Of a stretch of 64,000 bases of DNA, positions 1 to 8,550 are shown piece by piece. Within the stretch, counting starts at the first letter, position 1, and every line of letters starts with the position of its first letter. The notes under the pieces are model-generated. The model ran no database searches, was not told where the DNA came from, and was given only the letters and a program-made list of their open reading frames with translations. The translations under genes were made by a program, and so were the position numbers. Source of the DNA: an uncultured Candidatus Saccharibacteria bacterium (GTDB taxonomy: Bacteria > Patescibacteriota > Doudnabacteria > UBA920 > O2-02-FULL-48-8); contig CAZSDS010000001.1 in assembly GCA_964605735.1 (NCBI GenBank), positions 703,157-767,156 of the forward strand, in the 5' to 3' direction.

Positions 1-4
1 ATTG

Positions 5-634
5 TTACCTCTGCGGTGCAAGGATTATTACGCTGGTCGTGTCTGTTGTAAAATCTTTTCTCTTGACGGTAATTTTGTCTGATTCCACCGGCTTGCCGCC
101 CATTTCTTTGATGAAGTTGTCAGGCTTGTCGAAGTTTAGATTTAATCCTGGGATTTTATAGCTGTGTGGGACGATGTAATATGGTTCGAGTCTGGTGGCA
201 ATGTCTGCGGCTTTTACGTAATCACAAACATCTTTGCCGCCCACCGGGATCAGGACAATATCCGCGCCCTCCAGTGTTTCTTTCTGGTCGTCCGTAAGCT
301 CGGCCTGGTTAAATGCTCCAAAAAATGCGATTCGGATGTCGTCGAGCTCTATGCTGTAAATGGCATTAGGTCCCAAGGTTTTGTTCTCAGCCGGAGCGCC
401 CATGATATGGCCGCCCTTGATGTCGTATTCGCCCGGGCCGTTGATGACAAACGGTGTGCCTTGGATGGATGAAAGGTTATTGCTCCAGTCAAGTTTCGGG
501 TTGGATAAGATGACCACGTCTGCCGCTCCCCTGACCGGGCTTAAACCTGTCTTGTTGTTGAACGGGTCAGTGATGATTGTGAGGTCTTTTCCGACTAGTT
601 TAAAACTGCTTAAACCGAACCACGTGATTTGCAT
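5..634 (-). CDS. MBL-fold metal-dependent hydrolase (UPF0173-like)
   Basis: The 209-aa ORF starts MQITWFGLSSFK..., the pattern typical of UPF0173/beta-lactamase-fold hydrolases. The N-terminus lies inside the window. Confidence 0.6.
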   Translation of the reverse strand: MQITWFGLSSFKLVGKDLTIITDPFNNKTGLSPVRGAADVVILSNPKLDWSNNLSSIQGTPFVINGPGEYDIKGGHIMGAPAENKTLGPNAIYSIELDDIRIAFFGAFNQAELTDDQKETLEGADIVLIPVGGKDVCDYVKAADIATRLEPYYIVPHSYKIPGLNLNFDKPDNFIKEMGGKPVESDKITVKRKDFTTDTTSVIILAPQR

Positions 635-934
635 AAATTTACTGTCTTTTAAGGCGTTTCTTACTCACAAATTCTACCAAATTTCGGCTGTTTTGGGAAG
701 CCTTTTTTGGGCCTGATTTTGCCTTAATTTTTGTCCTGAATAAGGGCTTTGTTTTCGCCCCAACTTGACCCTTGATTTATGAGGCAAATAAGCGTATAAT
801 TCAAAAGCTTTATCTTGCCTTTTAAGGCAGGGTTGCAGGAAAGGCAGTAACTGTCGCAGCGCCTGCTGTTGAACAACAGCGGGACTTGCCCGGAACATGG
901 GCGGGTCGAACACGTTACTATCTATCTAACACAT

Positions 935-2110
935 ATGTCAGACGCTACAACAAGCGTTGCACAGGATTTCAAGACCATGCAGGAGTTACTGACTCAGGGT
1001 GGCATTGAAATCAAAGTTCCTAAAGTCGGCGATGTTTTGGAAGGCACTATTCTTAGCGCCGGAAAAAATGAAGTTTACGTTGACATTGACGGAATCGGTT
1101 TGGGTGTAGTTCGCGGCCGCGAGCTGTATGACGAATCAATTCGTCTGCAGGCTCTCAAGCCGGGTGATAAGGTTTTTGCCTCAGTGGTTGAGCCTGAGAA
1201 CAAGGAAGGAAACATTGAGTTGTCATTCCGACAGGCTGGCCAGGAACGCGTTTGGTCCACTTTGACCGACCGCATGAAGGCAAAGGAAGTTATCAAGACC
1301 CGCATCCTTGAGGCGAACAAAGGTGGTTTGATGGTCGAGGTAAACGGAGTTATTGGCTTCCTGCCGGTTTCCCAACTCTCATCAGAGCACTACCCTCGCG
1401 TGGAAGAAGCAGACAAGAATAAAATCCTTGAGATTTTGAAGAGCTACGTCGGCCAGGTGTTTGATGTCATGATCATCACAGCAGATCCTCATGAAGAGAA
1501 ACTGATTGTTTCCGAGAAGGCTGTAAATGAAGACATCCTCAGAGAGAAGATCGGCAAGCTGGCGTTGAACCAGGTTGTCGAAGGCGAAGTTTCCGGTGTT
1601 GTCGATTTCGGTATTTTCCTGAAGTTCGGCGATGGTCTGGAAGGCTTGGTCCACATCTCAGAACTGGCATGGAGCCGCATTGATCATCCAAAAGACCTTT
1701 ACAAGGTTGGCGACAAGGTTAAGGCAATGGTTATCTCCATTGATCGCGACCGCATCTCCCTCTCAGTAAAGCGCTTGCAGGCTGATCCTTGGGTGGAAGC
1801 AATCAAGAAGTACCAGGTTGGACAGGTTGTTAAAGGTAAGGTTACAAAGATCATGCCGTTCGGCGCCTTTGTAGAGCTTGATCCGGACATCTACGGCTTG
1901 GTCCACTCCGTTGAACTCTCTAATGAAGAAGTGAAAGACCCTTCTGAAATTGTAAAGATAAACGAAGAGCGTGAATTCAAGATTATTTCCATTGAACCGC
2001 AGGAACACAGGCTTGGTTTGTCTTTGAGAGCCCTTACTGCTCCGGCAAAAGCTGAGAAATCAGAAAAGCCAGTTGCAGAAGCACCAAAAGAAGAAGCTAA
2101 GGCTGAATAA
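935..2110 (+). CDS. rpsA: 30S ribosomal protein S1-like, four S1 RNA-binding domains (start moved to the in-frame ATG at 935)
   Basis: Repeated S1-domain motifs (GxV.G.V..i..fG.FV.l..g..GLvHiSE). The ORF is in frame from 869. Shorter than E. coli S1. Confidence 0.7.
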   Translation: MSDATTSVAQDFKTMQELLTQGGIEIKVPKVGDVLEGTILSAGKNEVYVDIDGIGLGVVRGRELYDESIRLQALKPGDKVFASVVEPENKEGNIELSFRQAGQERVWSTLTDRMKAKEVIKTRILEANKGGLMVEVNGVIGFLPVSQLSSEHYPRVEEADKNKILEILKSYVGQVFDVMIITADPHEEKLIVSEKAVNEDILREKIGKLALNQVVEGEVSGVVDFGIFLKFGDGLEGLVHISELAWSRIDHPKDLYKVGDKVKAMVISIDRDRISLSVKRLQADPWVEAIKKYQVGQVVKGKVTKIMPFGAFVELDPDIYGLVHSVELSNEEVKDPSEIVKINEEREFKIISIEPQEHRLGLSLRALTAPAKAEKSEKPVAEAPKEEAKAE

Positions 2111-2122
2111 TGAACGAATAAA

Positions 2123-2148
2123 AACCTCCCGAAAGGGAGGTTTTTTGT
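2123..2148 (+). terminator. rho-independent terminator after rpsA
   Basis: CCTCCC-GAAA-GGGAGG hairpin followed by TTTTTTGTT. Confidence 0.7.
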
Positions 2149-2149
2149 T

Positions 2150-2730
2150 ACCTGCATAAACCGCCGGCTTTAGCCGGCGTGTGCGTTTGAAGGCGTAGCC
2201 CTCTGTCACATAAACTAAAGTCACCACACCTTGGTAAGAAGGGAGGTGACTTTAATGTCTAATCGTCGGTTGTATCAACTCGACCATTGCACCTGGAGAT
2301 GTATCTACCACTTGGTTTGGACACCAAGATACCGGGGCCAGGTTCTTCAAGACAAGTATATCAAAGCAGAAGTAAAGCGAATATTCAAGCAGATATGCCA
2401 ATGGAAAGGCTTTGGAATTGAAGGTTGGCACATTGGTGATGAACACATCTATCTCATAGTAATCATTCCACCAAAGTATTCAGTTGCATACGCAACCCAG
2501 GTTCTCAAAGGTAAATCAAGCTCTTGGCTTAAGAAAAAGACAAAACAATTCCCACCAGGACCATTCTGGGCAAGGGGATACTTTGTCACAACCATGGGAC
2601 TAGATGAGCTTACGGTGAAAAACTATGTTGCCAACCAAAAGCACCACCAAAGACCCTTGCCACAACTGCCTTTTCCAGGCTAAGCCTGGATGATAAAAGC
2701 CACCAGCGTCAGCTGGTGGCTAGTTTACTT
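2150..2730 (+). mobile_element. IS200/IS605-family element carrying tnpA only
   Basis: A Y1 (HUH) transposase ORF is flanked by subterminal hairpins, CCGCCGGCTTTAGCCGGCG (2161-2179) and GCCACCAGCGTCAGCTGGTGGC (2699-2720). No tnpB is present. Confidence 0.55.
2255..2683 (+). CDS. tnpA: IS200-type Y1 transposase TnpA
   Basis: The HCTWRCIYHLVWTPRYR motif (HuH plus catalytic Tyr) is the hallmark of IS200 TnpA. A strong SD (GGGAGGTGA) lies 5 nt before the ATG at 2255. Length is about 142 aa. Confidence 0.8.
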   Translation: MSNRRLYQLDHCTWRCIYHLVWTPRYRGQVLQDKYIKAEVKRIFKQICQWKGFGIEGWHIGDEHIYLIVIIPPKYSVAYATQVLKGKSSSWLKKKTKQFPPGPFWARGYFVTTMGLDELTVKNYVANQKHHQRPLPQLPFPG

Positions 2731-2756
2731 GTTAAAAAATAACACTCAATTGAGTG

Positions 2757-3476
2757 TTATTTAACGCTGTTTTCTAGAGCTGTAAGTTCGTTGTATACCT
2801 GGAGGTTGTTGTAAACCCAGTGGTCTCCTGGTGGTTGCTTGTATAAACCATTCATCTGTTCAAAGTTCATTTGCGAATATTTCACCTGTGATTTTTTTGG
2901 AGCAGTGTTCAGGAAATGGTTCATGGCAACCACCCCTTCACCGAGGTTGTCGCCCATGTCCCAGAGGTCTGAGCCCCCTACTCCCCAGCAGTTGTTCAGG
3001 TGTTCGATGTAACGGCGGCACATAGTGCTTTCTGCATTTGAGAGCGCAAGAATTTTCTTCCAATTATTCTGTTGCAGGATTACATGAGTGTAGTCAGCCA
3101 GCGGTGAGCGTTTGGATTGCAGGTATTGTTTTAGAGCTGTGTTCATTTTCAGCTGGCGCTGAAGTTTGGCAACGGCCTGTTCGTGTCTTTCCTTGAATGA
3201 TTTTTCTTCTGCGCTCTCTTTCAGTTCGCGCATGAACTCGGTATGGTCCCCTGCTTCAAATACAAGCGGGTTGATGATGACAGGCTCAATTTCTGCAGCA
3301 ACTGATTTTTGCGGGAACAGCATAGGAGTAAGACTGAACAACAAAGCCGCAACCAATAATTTGGTGAATGACCCCATGTCCTCTATAGGCTGGGGAACAA
3401 TGTCTATGTGTTTTTTAACTGTTGGGGCTAAGACTTTTTTCGGGTTCTGTTTTTTGACGATTCTTATTGCGTCCAT
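2757..3476 (-). CDS. hypothetical membrane-anchored or secreted protein
   Basis: 239-aa ORF with an N-terminal hydrophobic segment (LLVAALLFSLTPMLF). No recognisable domain. Confidence 0.5.
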   Translation of the reverse strand: MDAIRIVKKQNPKKVLAPTVKKHIDIVPQPIEDMGSFTKLLVAALLFSLTPMLFPQKSVAAEIEPVIINPLVFEAGDHTEFMRELKESAEEKSFKERHEQAVAKLQRQLKMNTALKQYLQSKRSPLADYTHVILQQNNWKKILALSNAESTMCRRYIEHLNNCWGVGGSDLWDMGDNLGEGVVAMNHFLNTAPKKSQVKYSQMNFEQMNGLYKQPPGDHWVYNNLQVYNELTALENSVK

Positions 3477-3628
3477 TTAGGGTTTGTTTCAAAAATTAGC
3501 GTGTTTCTTCTGAGAGAACCTTATCAAAAATTAACTTCAGGGTCAATGTTAAGATGTGGATTTGCTTGGGATAAAAAAAACAAACGCGCTAGCTGCCTTT
3601 CGTAAAGCATCTAAGGCGTATGTTTCTT

Positions 3629-3715
3629 TGGTGGGCAAGGAGGGAATCGAACCCTCAATCCCTTGCGGGCCCGGGATTTTAAGTCCCGTGCGTATGCCAG
3701 TTCCGCCACTTGCCC
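3629..3715 (-). tRNA. tRNA-Leu (anticodon UAA), type II with long variable arm
   Basis: Hand-folded from the reverse complement: GGGCAAG acceptor stem, anticodon loop CTTAAAA, variable arm CCC-GCAA-GGG, T-arm GAGGGTTCGATTCCCTC, encoded CCA. Confidence 0.8.
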
Positions 3716-3726
3716 CTTATTTCCTT

Positions 3727-3800
3727 TGGAGGTCTGGAGCGGAGTCGAACCGCTGTAAAAGCTTTTGCAGAGCTCTGCCTGACCGCTCGGCCACCAGACC
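3727..3800 (-). tRNA. tRNA-Cys (anticodon GCA)
   Basis: Hand-folded: acceptor GGTCTGG/CCAGACC, anticodon loop CTGCAAA, T-arm AGCGGTTCGACTCCGCT, encoded CCA. Confidence 0.7.
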
Positions 3801-3811
3801 AACTTCGGTAA

Positions 3812-4486
3812 TTATAACAATTTTCCCGACATTTTTCGAGTCTTCAAGAAAAGCTGGAAAACATCGTACTTTCGTTTTAAATACAAACCTGGTGAATTAA
3901 AATACATGTACTTATACAGTTTCAAGCTGTCTTTCGTAGAATAAGCTAGTTGATATGATCTACGGCTTTCGTATAGATGGGGTTTCATAATTCTAAGCTC
4001 TGTTTGGAGTATGTAGTCTAATTGTTCGAGAAATGGTTTACTCCCGCTTGTAAAAACTGTTCTCAATCTTCTTGGGTGACTATTCTTATATTCAATTAGC
4101 ACGGAGCCATCTCCATCGAAATAGCCACGAATAAAATGTTTTAGCTTTTGCTTAGATAGGGCTGGAAAAATCATGGAAAGCGATTTGTTAGGTCTTAGGC
4201 CAATTTTGAATAACTCATTGTAAAGCACATGATTTCCGATTCGTAAAAAATATCTTGCTTGTCGTGTCATGGTTGCAGGTAGAGTAACTATTCTATGCTC
4301 AGATTTAAGCGAGTTTTTTACAATTAAGATTAACTCTTTATCGATACTACTCGCTCTAATATATTTCCCTCTTAAATATGTAGCGTCCTCAAGGCTGCCA
4401 TCTGCATATAGATAACCTAGAATATAAGCTGATTCATTGGTTATTTTTGAAAAAAATTTTTCATTAACTCTATATTTTATGCCCAT
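3812..4486 (-). CDS. LAGLIDADG-family homing endonuclease (free-standing, two motifs)
   Basis: Two LAGLIDADG motifs (ILGYLYADGS and IRGYFDGDGS). The ORF is AT-rich and ends 11 bp from tRNA-Cys. Confidence 0.75.
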   Translation of the reverse strand: MGIKYRVNEKFFSKITNESAYILGYLYADGSLEDATYLRGKYIRASSIDKELILIVKNSLKSEHRIVTLPATMTRQARYFLRIGNHVLYNELFKIGLRPNKSLSMIFPALSKQKLKHFIRGYFDGDGSVLIEYKNSHPRRLRTVFTSGSKPFLEQLDYILQTELRIMKPHLYESRRSYQLAYSTKDSLKLYKYMYFNSPGLYLKRKYDVFQLFLKTRKMSGKLL

Positions 4487-4548
4487 AAACGGTGGTTATG
4501 ATATATCCTGCAATTCTATATATAAAATGTAAGTTTGTCTATAAACCA

Positions 4549-4574
4549 AAACCCCGGGGTTGTCCGGGGTTTTG
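4549..4574. terminator. bidirectional intrinsic terminator
   Basis: AAAA-CCCCGG-ggttgt-CCGGGG-TTTT, with A/T runs on both sides. Confidence 0.6.
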
Positions 4575-4580
4575 TTCATG

Positions 4581-5366
4581 TTAGTTCACAACAGCTGCTG
4601 CGGCTGCGGTTTCAACCAACGCAGCGGCTTCGATAGCCTTAGCCTCAATGGCCTGGGCGGAAGCAAGCACAGCTGGCAAATGCTTTTTGTAGGCGCCTTT
4701 GGTATATGCATACCAAGGTTGGAAACCTCTTCGTGAGTACATTTCCAGGGCTACATCCAGGTTATACTTACAGTCCTGCAAGTTTTCGAAGGTGTGCCAT
4801 GGGTTCCCGGGTTTCCAGTTGATTTGAGCAAGACCGATGTCTATAGAACCATTGCGGTTCAATCCGCGGTTGTCACGAGTACATTCGTGAGTTCCGTTTT
4901 CGGCTTTCAAAATAGCAATGAACGTATTACATTTATCCCCTAATCTAGGACAGACGTATGCACGAATTTCAGGTTCTTGCATGAAGACTCTGTCGGCGCC
5001 GGTTTTCTTTGGCGGAACTGAGTTAGAAGATGTTGAGCTTGTTAAAGTTACAGCTTTCGCTACTGGAAGAACTTGTGCGATTTCAGTGACTGGGAGCGGA
5101 GCCGGATTAGGCACCATCTCCAGTTTAGTAGCAACTTCGACCATTTCTACTTTTTCAGAATTCTTATAGATGTCAGCAATGAGCTGAATTTTAGGAAGTT
5201 CTGGTAATTTTATTGTTGGAAGATTTTTGATTTCAAAGACTTGGGACGTTTTGTTTTCGGTATGAGCATCAGCGGAATTCGGAAAACCGAATAAAGCCAT
5301 GATGGCAAGCATAGAAGCTAAAATTGTGCCATCGATGATGCTCAGCCTCTCAAAACGGGCTGTCAT
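4581..5366 (-). CDS. secreted protein with C-terminal lysozyme-like / transglycosylase-like domain
   Basis: An N-terminal TM/signal segment, and a C-terminal IDIGLAQINWKPGNPW...GFQPWY segment that resembles SLT / transglycosylase-like folds. Confidence 0.45.
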   Translation of the reverse strand: MTARFERLSIIDGTILASMLAIMALFGFPNSADAHTENKTSQVFEIKNLPTIKLPELPKIQLIADIYKNSEKVEMVEVATKLEMVPNPAPLPVTEIAQVLPVAKAVTLTSSTSSNSVPPKKTGADRVFMQEPEIRAYVCPRLGDKCNTFIAILKAENGTHECTRDNRGLNRNGSIDIGLAQINWKPGNPWHTFENLQDCKYNLDVALEMYSRRGFQPWYAYTKGAYKKHLPAVLASAQAIEAKAIEAAALVETAAAAAVVN

Positions 5367-5737
5367 CTTGAAATACTCGCTGGCTTCCTTAAATCACCCT
5401 TCCTATTCCCTTACATAGCAGAGAGCGGCAAATAGGCTGCAATAAAAGGTAGCTTAGTTTGACCTTTATAAAAAGAACTTTCTGCTGCGTTTTTCGGGCA
5501 CTAAATCCTTGGTGATTTAGTTGCCTGCCCTGGCCTCCCGGAGGAGGCTAGGGTACGCAACTGTGAATGTTATCATAAAAAGGGTGTTTTGTCAAGAGCT
5601 AAAAGGTGGTGAATGACCAATAAATACGTGGGTTTTAGAAAGAAATAGGCGTGTGAAATTGTGATAAAAAATGCATAAAAAACAGCCATTTTAAAGGCTG
5701 TTCCAGGTTGTGCTATTTAGACCCTGTTTTCCTCAGT

Positions 5738-5935
5738 TTATAGAAGCTTTATGTGATGTTTGATGGCTAAATTCTCATGCTTGATATCCCGGACGTCTTT
5801 AACGACTGCATCCAGTGTTGTTGTAATTGTTGTGACAGTATCTTCCACCCTGGTGAGCCGTTCGTCCAGTCCGCGAATATCTTCTTTGGTTGCCAAAACT
5901 TTAGCTAATTTTGCAATATCGGAATTTGTGATCAT
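5738..5935 (-). CDS. small coiled-coil protein (hypothetical)
   Basis: 65-aa ORF. Downstream on the minus strand at 5694-5722 is the hairpin AACAGCC-ATTTTAA-AGGCTGTT plus a T-run. Confidence 0.4.
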   Translation of the reverse strand: MITNSDIAKLAKVLATKEDIRGLDERLTRVEDTVTTITTTLDAVVKDVRDIKHENLAIKHHIKLL

Positions 5936-5991
5936 AGGGGGTTAATTATCCCGCGCTGAAATTTTGCGGTCAATATCAACTCTGTGGATAG

Positions 5992-6363
5992 CTAACTTAG
6001 ATGACCAATCACTCCCGCTGATACAGGCATCACAAGCATAGTGTATAGCATTAAGCTGTAGACCTTAGCTGGGAGTTTAAGTCCGAGCCATTGGTTTCCG
6101 TAGTGAGACAGGCATGAGCCCAAGTATGCCAGCTCTTTTTGTTCAATTGCCCGGAGCCTGTTCTCCCAGACCGTGAACGGACATCCTTTGAATAGTTTCC
6201 AAGAAAACATGGTGGCGCCAAGCAAGACGCCGGCAATTATTGCGTAAAGATATGATGCGAAGATTGACGGGTAGAAAATTGCAAGTACGGGAGAACTTAT
6301 GGCTGATACTGCGAACACTGCAAATATCATAGTATGCAGATAGAGGACGTGTTGGGCTTTCAT
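5992..6363 (-). CDS. small integral membrane protein (possibly DUF2784-like)
   Basis: 123 aa with 3-4 hydrophobic helices and a CPFTVWE motif. Confidence 0.45.
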   Translation of the reverse strand: MKAQHVLYLHTMIFAVFAVSAISSPVLAIFYPSIFASYLYAIIAGVLLGATMFSWKLFKGCPFTVWENRLRAIEQKELAYLGSCLSHYGNQWLGLKLPAKVYSLMLYTMLVMPVSAGVIGHLS

Positions 6364-6403
6364 ATGTTGAGCTTAACAGATAAACATTAATATTCCTAAT
6401 TCC

Positions 6404-6793
6404 CTACTTTACTTTGAACCAGACCTCATCTTTGCTGTCTGGTTCGCCATTGTAGTTGCTCATTAATTCCTCACCTTTTTTGATGTCTCTGAGGGCGGTG
6501 AAGATCATAGCTTTTCGTTCAACGTCTTCGTCGTATTCTATGTTGGGCGTGTAGGAGTGGTTGTATAACGAGCCGAACCCAAGCACAATGGCCGGCTGGT
6601 ATTGCGTTGCCCAGGGGAAACAATAATCATCCAAGAGAGTTTTTCTTAAAGTCTTCTCCTGGCTTTTGGGAACAGCTATTACAGGGCAAACTTCGATCAC
6701 TTCACCCTTTTTGATGTCAGCTGTGGCGAACACTCCCCTGCCCTTTTTTCCTGTCTTTCTTACAATAATTTTGGTTGGTGGTTTTATGCGCAT
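6404..6793 (-). CDS. SET-domain protein (putative protein-lysine methyltransferase)
   Basis: GRGVFA...KGE N-SET core, the NHSYTPN (NHSC-like) motif, and a post-SET ELxxNY segment. Confidence 0.7.
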   Translation of the reverse strand: MRIKPPTKIIVRKTGKKGRGVFATADIKKGEVIEVCPVIAVPKSQEKTLRKTLLDDYCFPWATQYQPAIVLGFGSLYNHSYTPNIEYDEDVERKAMIFTALRDIKKGEELMSNYNGEPDSKDEVWFKVK

Positions 6794-6898
6794 AGAAGGA
6801 TTTTAGCAAAAAAATCGTTTATAAGGAATATTTTTAGCGTTCGATTCCCTTCCACATACTAAAGAAAAAACTTCCACCTGTTGGTGAAAGTCTTTTCT

Positions 6899-6972
6899 TG
6901 GAGCAGGTAGGGGGAATCGAACCCCCGCATCGTCCTTGGCAAGGACGTGTTCTACCACTAAACCATACCTGC
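6899..6972 (-). tRNA. tRNA-Gly (GCC)
   Basis: Hand-folded: acceptor GCAGGTA/TACCTGC, anticodon loop TTGCCAA, T-arm GGGGGTTCGATTCCCCC, CCA encoded. 74 nt. Confidence 0.8.
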
Positions 6973-6991
6973 GCTCTAATATGTTATTTTC

Positions 6992-7066
6992 TGGTGCCCC
7001 GGGTCAGAATCGAACTGACGACACGACGCTCTTCAGGCGTCTGCTCTACCACTGAGCTACCGAGGC
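6992..7066 (-). tRNA. tRNA-Phe (GAA)
   Basis: Hand-folded: acceptor GCCTCGG/CCGGGGC, D-arm GCTCAGTGGTAGAGC, anticodon loop CTGAAGA, T-arm GTCAGTTCGATTCTGAC. Confidence 0.8.
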
Positions 7067-7086
7067 TATTATATCAAAATTTTCTT

Positions 7087-7163
7087 TGGTGGGCGCTAAA
7101 GGATTCGAACCTTTGGCCTTCTCGGTGTAAACGAGACGCTCTAACCAGCTGAGCTAAGCGCCC
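7087..7163 (-). tRNA. tRNA-Val (UAC)
   Basis: Hand-folded: acceptor GGGCGCT/AGCGCCC, anticodon loop TTTACAC, T-arm AAAGGTTCGAATCCTTT. Confidence 0.8.
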
Positions 7164-7166
7164 TCT

Positions 7167-7252
7167 TGGTGGGCACGGAGAGACTCGAACTCTCAAGCCA
7201 TAAAGGCACACGCACCTCAAGCGTGCGCGTATACCAGTTCCGCCACGTGCCC
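7167..7252 (-). tRNA. tRNA-Leu (GAG), type II
   Basis: Hand-folded: acceptor GGGCACG/CGTGCCC, anticodon loop TTGAGGT, long variable arm, T-arm GAGAGTTCGAGTCTCTC. Confidence 0.75.
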
Positions 7253-7319
7253 GAACAGTTAAAACCAATTGTAAAAGCCTAAAAATTATACAAAAAATAT
7301 GCTATCCAGTCAATCCGGC

Positions 7320-8165
7320 TTAGAAGGTCCTGTCTTTGCCCACAATCACACGGATTTTGTTCGGCAATGCCTGTATTGTTGTTGGGGCTTTTGCCAGTGT
7401 CCTGTCCCCTTCATAGAAAGGCAGGCCATCCGGCGAACTTATGGTGATGCGCCTTCCGCGCATTACTGCGCATCCTGGAATGTTTTCAAAACAGGCGGTT
7501 GCCAGGTCGCTTCTGTATTTCCAAGCGTCAAACGGGGTTATGCCTGGAAGCAAAAGAATATCCAGTAAGCCGTCTGTCGGGTTGGCTAGTTTCGAGTTGC
7601 TTTTCGCCGCCCTACTGTTGAAGATTGCCCCGAGGGCAACTTCAAATTCAGCGCTGAATTGGTCGTCTATTTCCATTCTCATTTGCACTGGCTTGAGGTT
7701 GGCAGCAAGCGAGAATTTGGAAAAATCGAACATGGATTTTGGGTGCAGGTCGTCCAGTTTCACTCCCAGCCCTATCTTGGTCATAAATAACCCAGACTGT
7801 GCCTGACCCAAGTCCAGCAGTTCAACTCTTCTGTGCGCCAGGGTTTGGCAGGCGTTTTCCACTCCAGCAATCCCCAGAATTTTGGACAGCTCTGAATCAA
7901 CCAAAGGCACATAGCCAATTGTCATTTCTTTGTCCCCCAGGCAATTTATGATTTCCTGGATAGTGCTGTCATAGCCGACTGCCACGATAGTGCTGGCTTC
8001 GCGCAATACCGCAGTCTCTACAAGTTGCGGAATTGTGCGCAATGGCGTAACCCGGGTCATTTCTCCGCTAATTCGAAGCTGAGAAACGCACGAGTACAGC
8101 TGGTTCTGTACTCGTTCAAAAATTTTCTGTTCTATTTTTTGCGGATCAATTATGTAGTAGTACAT
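7320..8165 (-). CDS. diacylglycerol-kinase catalytic-domain family lipid kinase-like protein (degenerate GGDGT motif)
   Basis: 281 aa laid out like YegS/BmrU; GYDST sits where GGDGT is expected. First gene of a tightly packed three-gene minus-strand operon. Confidence 0.45.
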   Translation of the reverse strand: MYYYIIDPQKIEQKIFERVQNQLYSCVSQLRISGEMTRVTPLRTIPQLVETAVLREASTIVAVGYDSTIQEIINCLGDKEMTIGYVPLVDSELSKILGIAGVENACQTLAHRRVELLDLGQAQSGLFMTKIGLGVKLDDLHPKSMFDFSKFSLAANLKPVQMRMEIDDQFSAEFEVALGAIFNSRAAKSNSKLANPTDGLLDILLLPGITPFDAWKYRSDLATACFENIPGCAVMRGRRITISSPDGLPFYEGDRTLAKAPTTIQALPNKIRVIVGKDRTF

Positions 8166-8171
8166 GGCTGC

Positions 8172-8549
8172 CTACTCCTCGATAACTTCCTCTTCCACAA
8201 TTTGCACCTGCTTTGGCTCTTGCATGCGACAGTTGCCTACGAAAAGCGCGCCGTTTCTTATTTCGAGTTTACTGCACGCGATATTTCCCAGCACCCGGCC
8301 AGTCTCCGCAATTGTCAGCGAGTTTTTAATCGTTACATTCCCCTTAACCACTCCGGCTATGGTGGCATTATTGGCAATAAGATCAGCGTCAATCTGCGCG
8401 TTTGGGCCTATAATCAAATCCTGGGACGTATGCACTTTCCCGGAAACGATCCCGTCAATTCTGATATTGCCCTGGCTTTTTAGTTCACCCTCCACGCGCA
8501 TTGCTGTGGCAATTACGGTTTCCGGATTTTGTTCCATTCGGTTTGGCAT
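8172..8549 (-). CDS. bactofilin (DUF583) cytoskeletal protein
   Basis: Repetitive beta-helix pattern (IxGxV.G.V...LIIG..A.I.A.L...ATIAGVVKGNVTI...) and an acidic C-terminal tail. Confidence 0.75.
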   Translation of the reverse strand: MPNRMEQNPETVIATAMRVEGELKSQGNIRIDGIVSGKVHTSQDLIIGPNAQIDADLIANNATIAGVVKGNVTIKNSLTIAETGRVLGNIACSKLEIRNGALFVGNCRMQEPKQVQIVEEEVIEE

Positions 8550-8550
8550 G

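Noticed and set aside
674-913. 79-aa minus-strand ORF in the divergent promoter region between the MBL hydrolase and rpsA.
   Set aside because: It has no RBS, its composition is basic and low-complexity, and it overlaps the likely rpsA promoter and 5' UTR.
1075-2157. Multiple 60-90-aa antisense and alternative-frame ORFs within rpsA. Similar ones lie within ftsH (50646-51152), smc, ftsK and the giant protein gene.
   Set aside because: They are embedded in long, well-supported CDSs with clear domain content, so they are spurious shadow ORFs.
7074-7268. 64-aa minus-strand ORF, and the plus-strand ORF 6898-7152.
   Set aside because: Both lie entirely within the four-tRNA cluster (Gly, Phe, Val, Leu).
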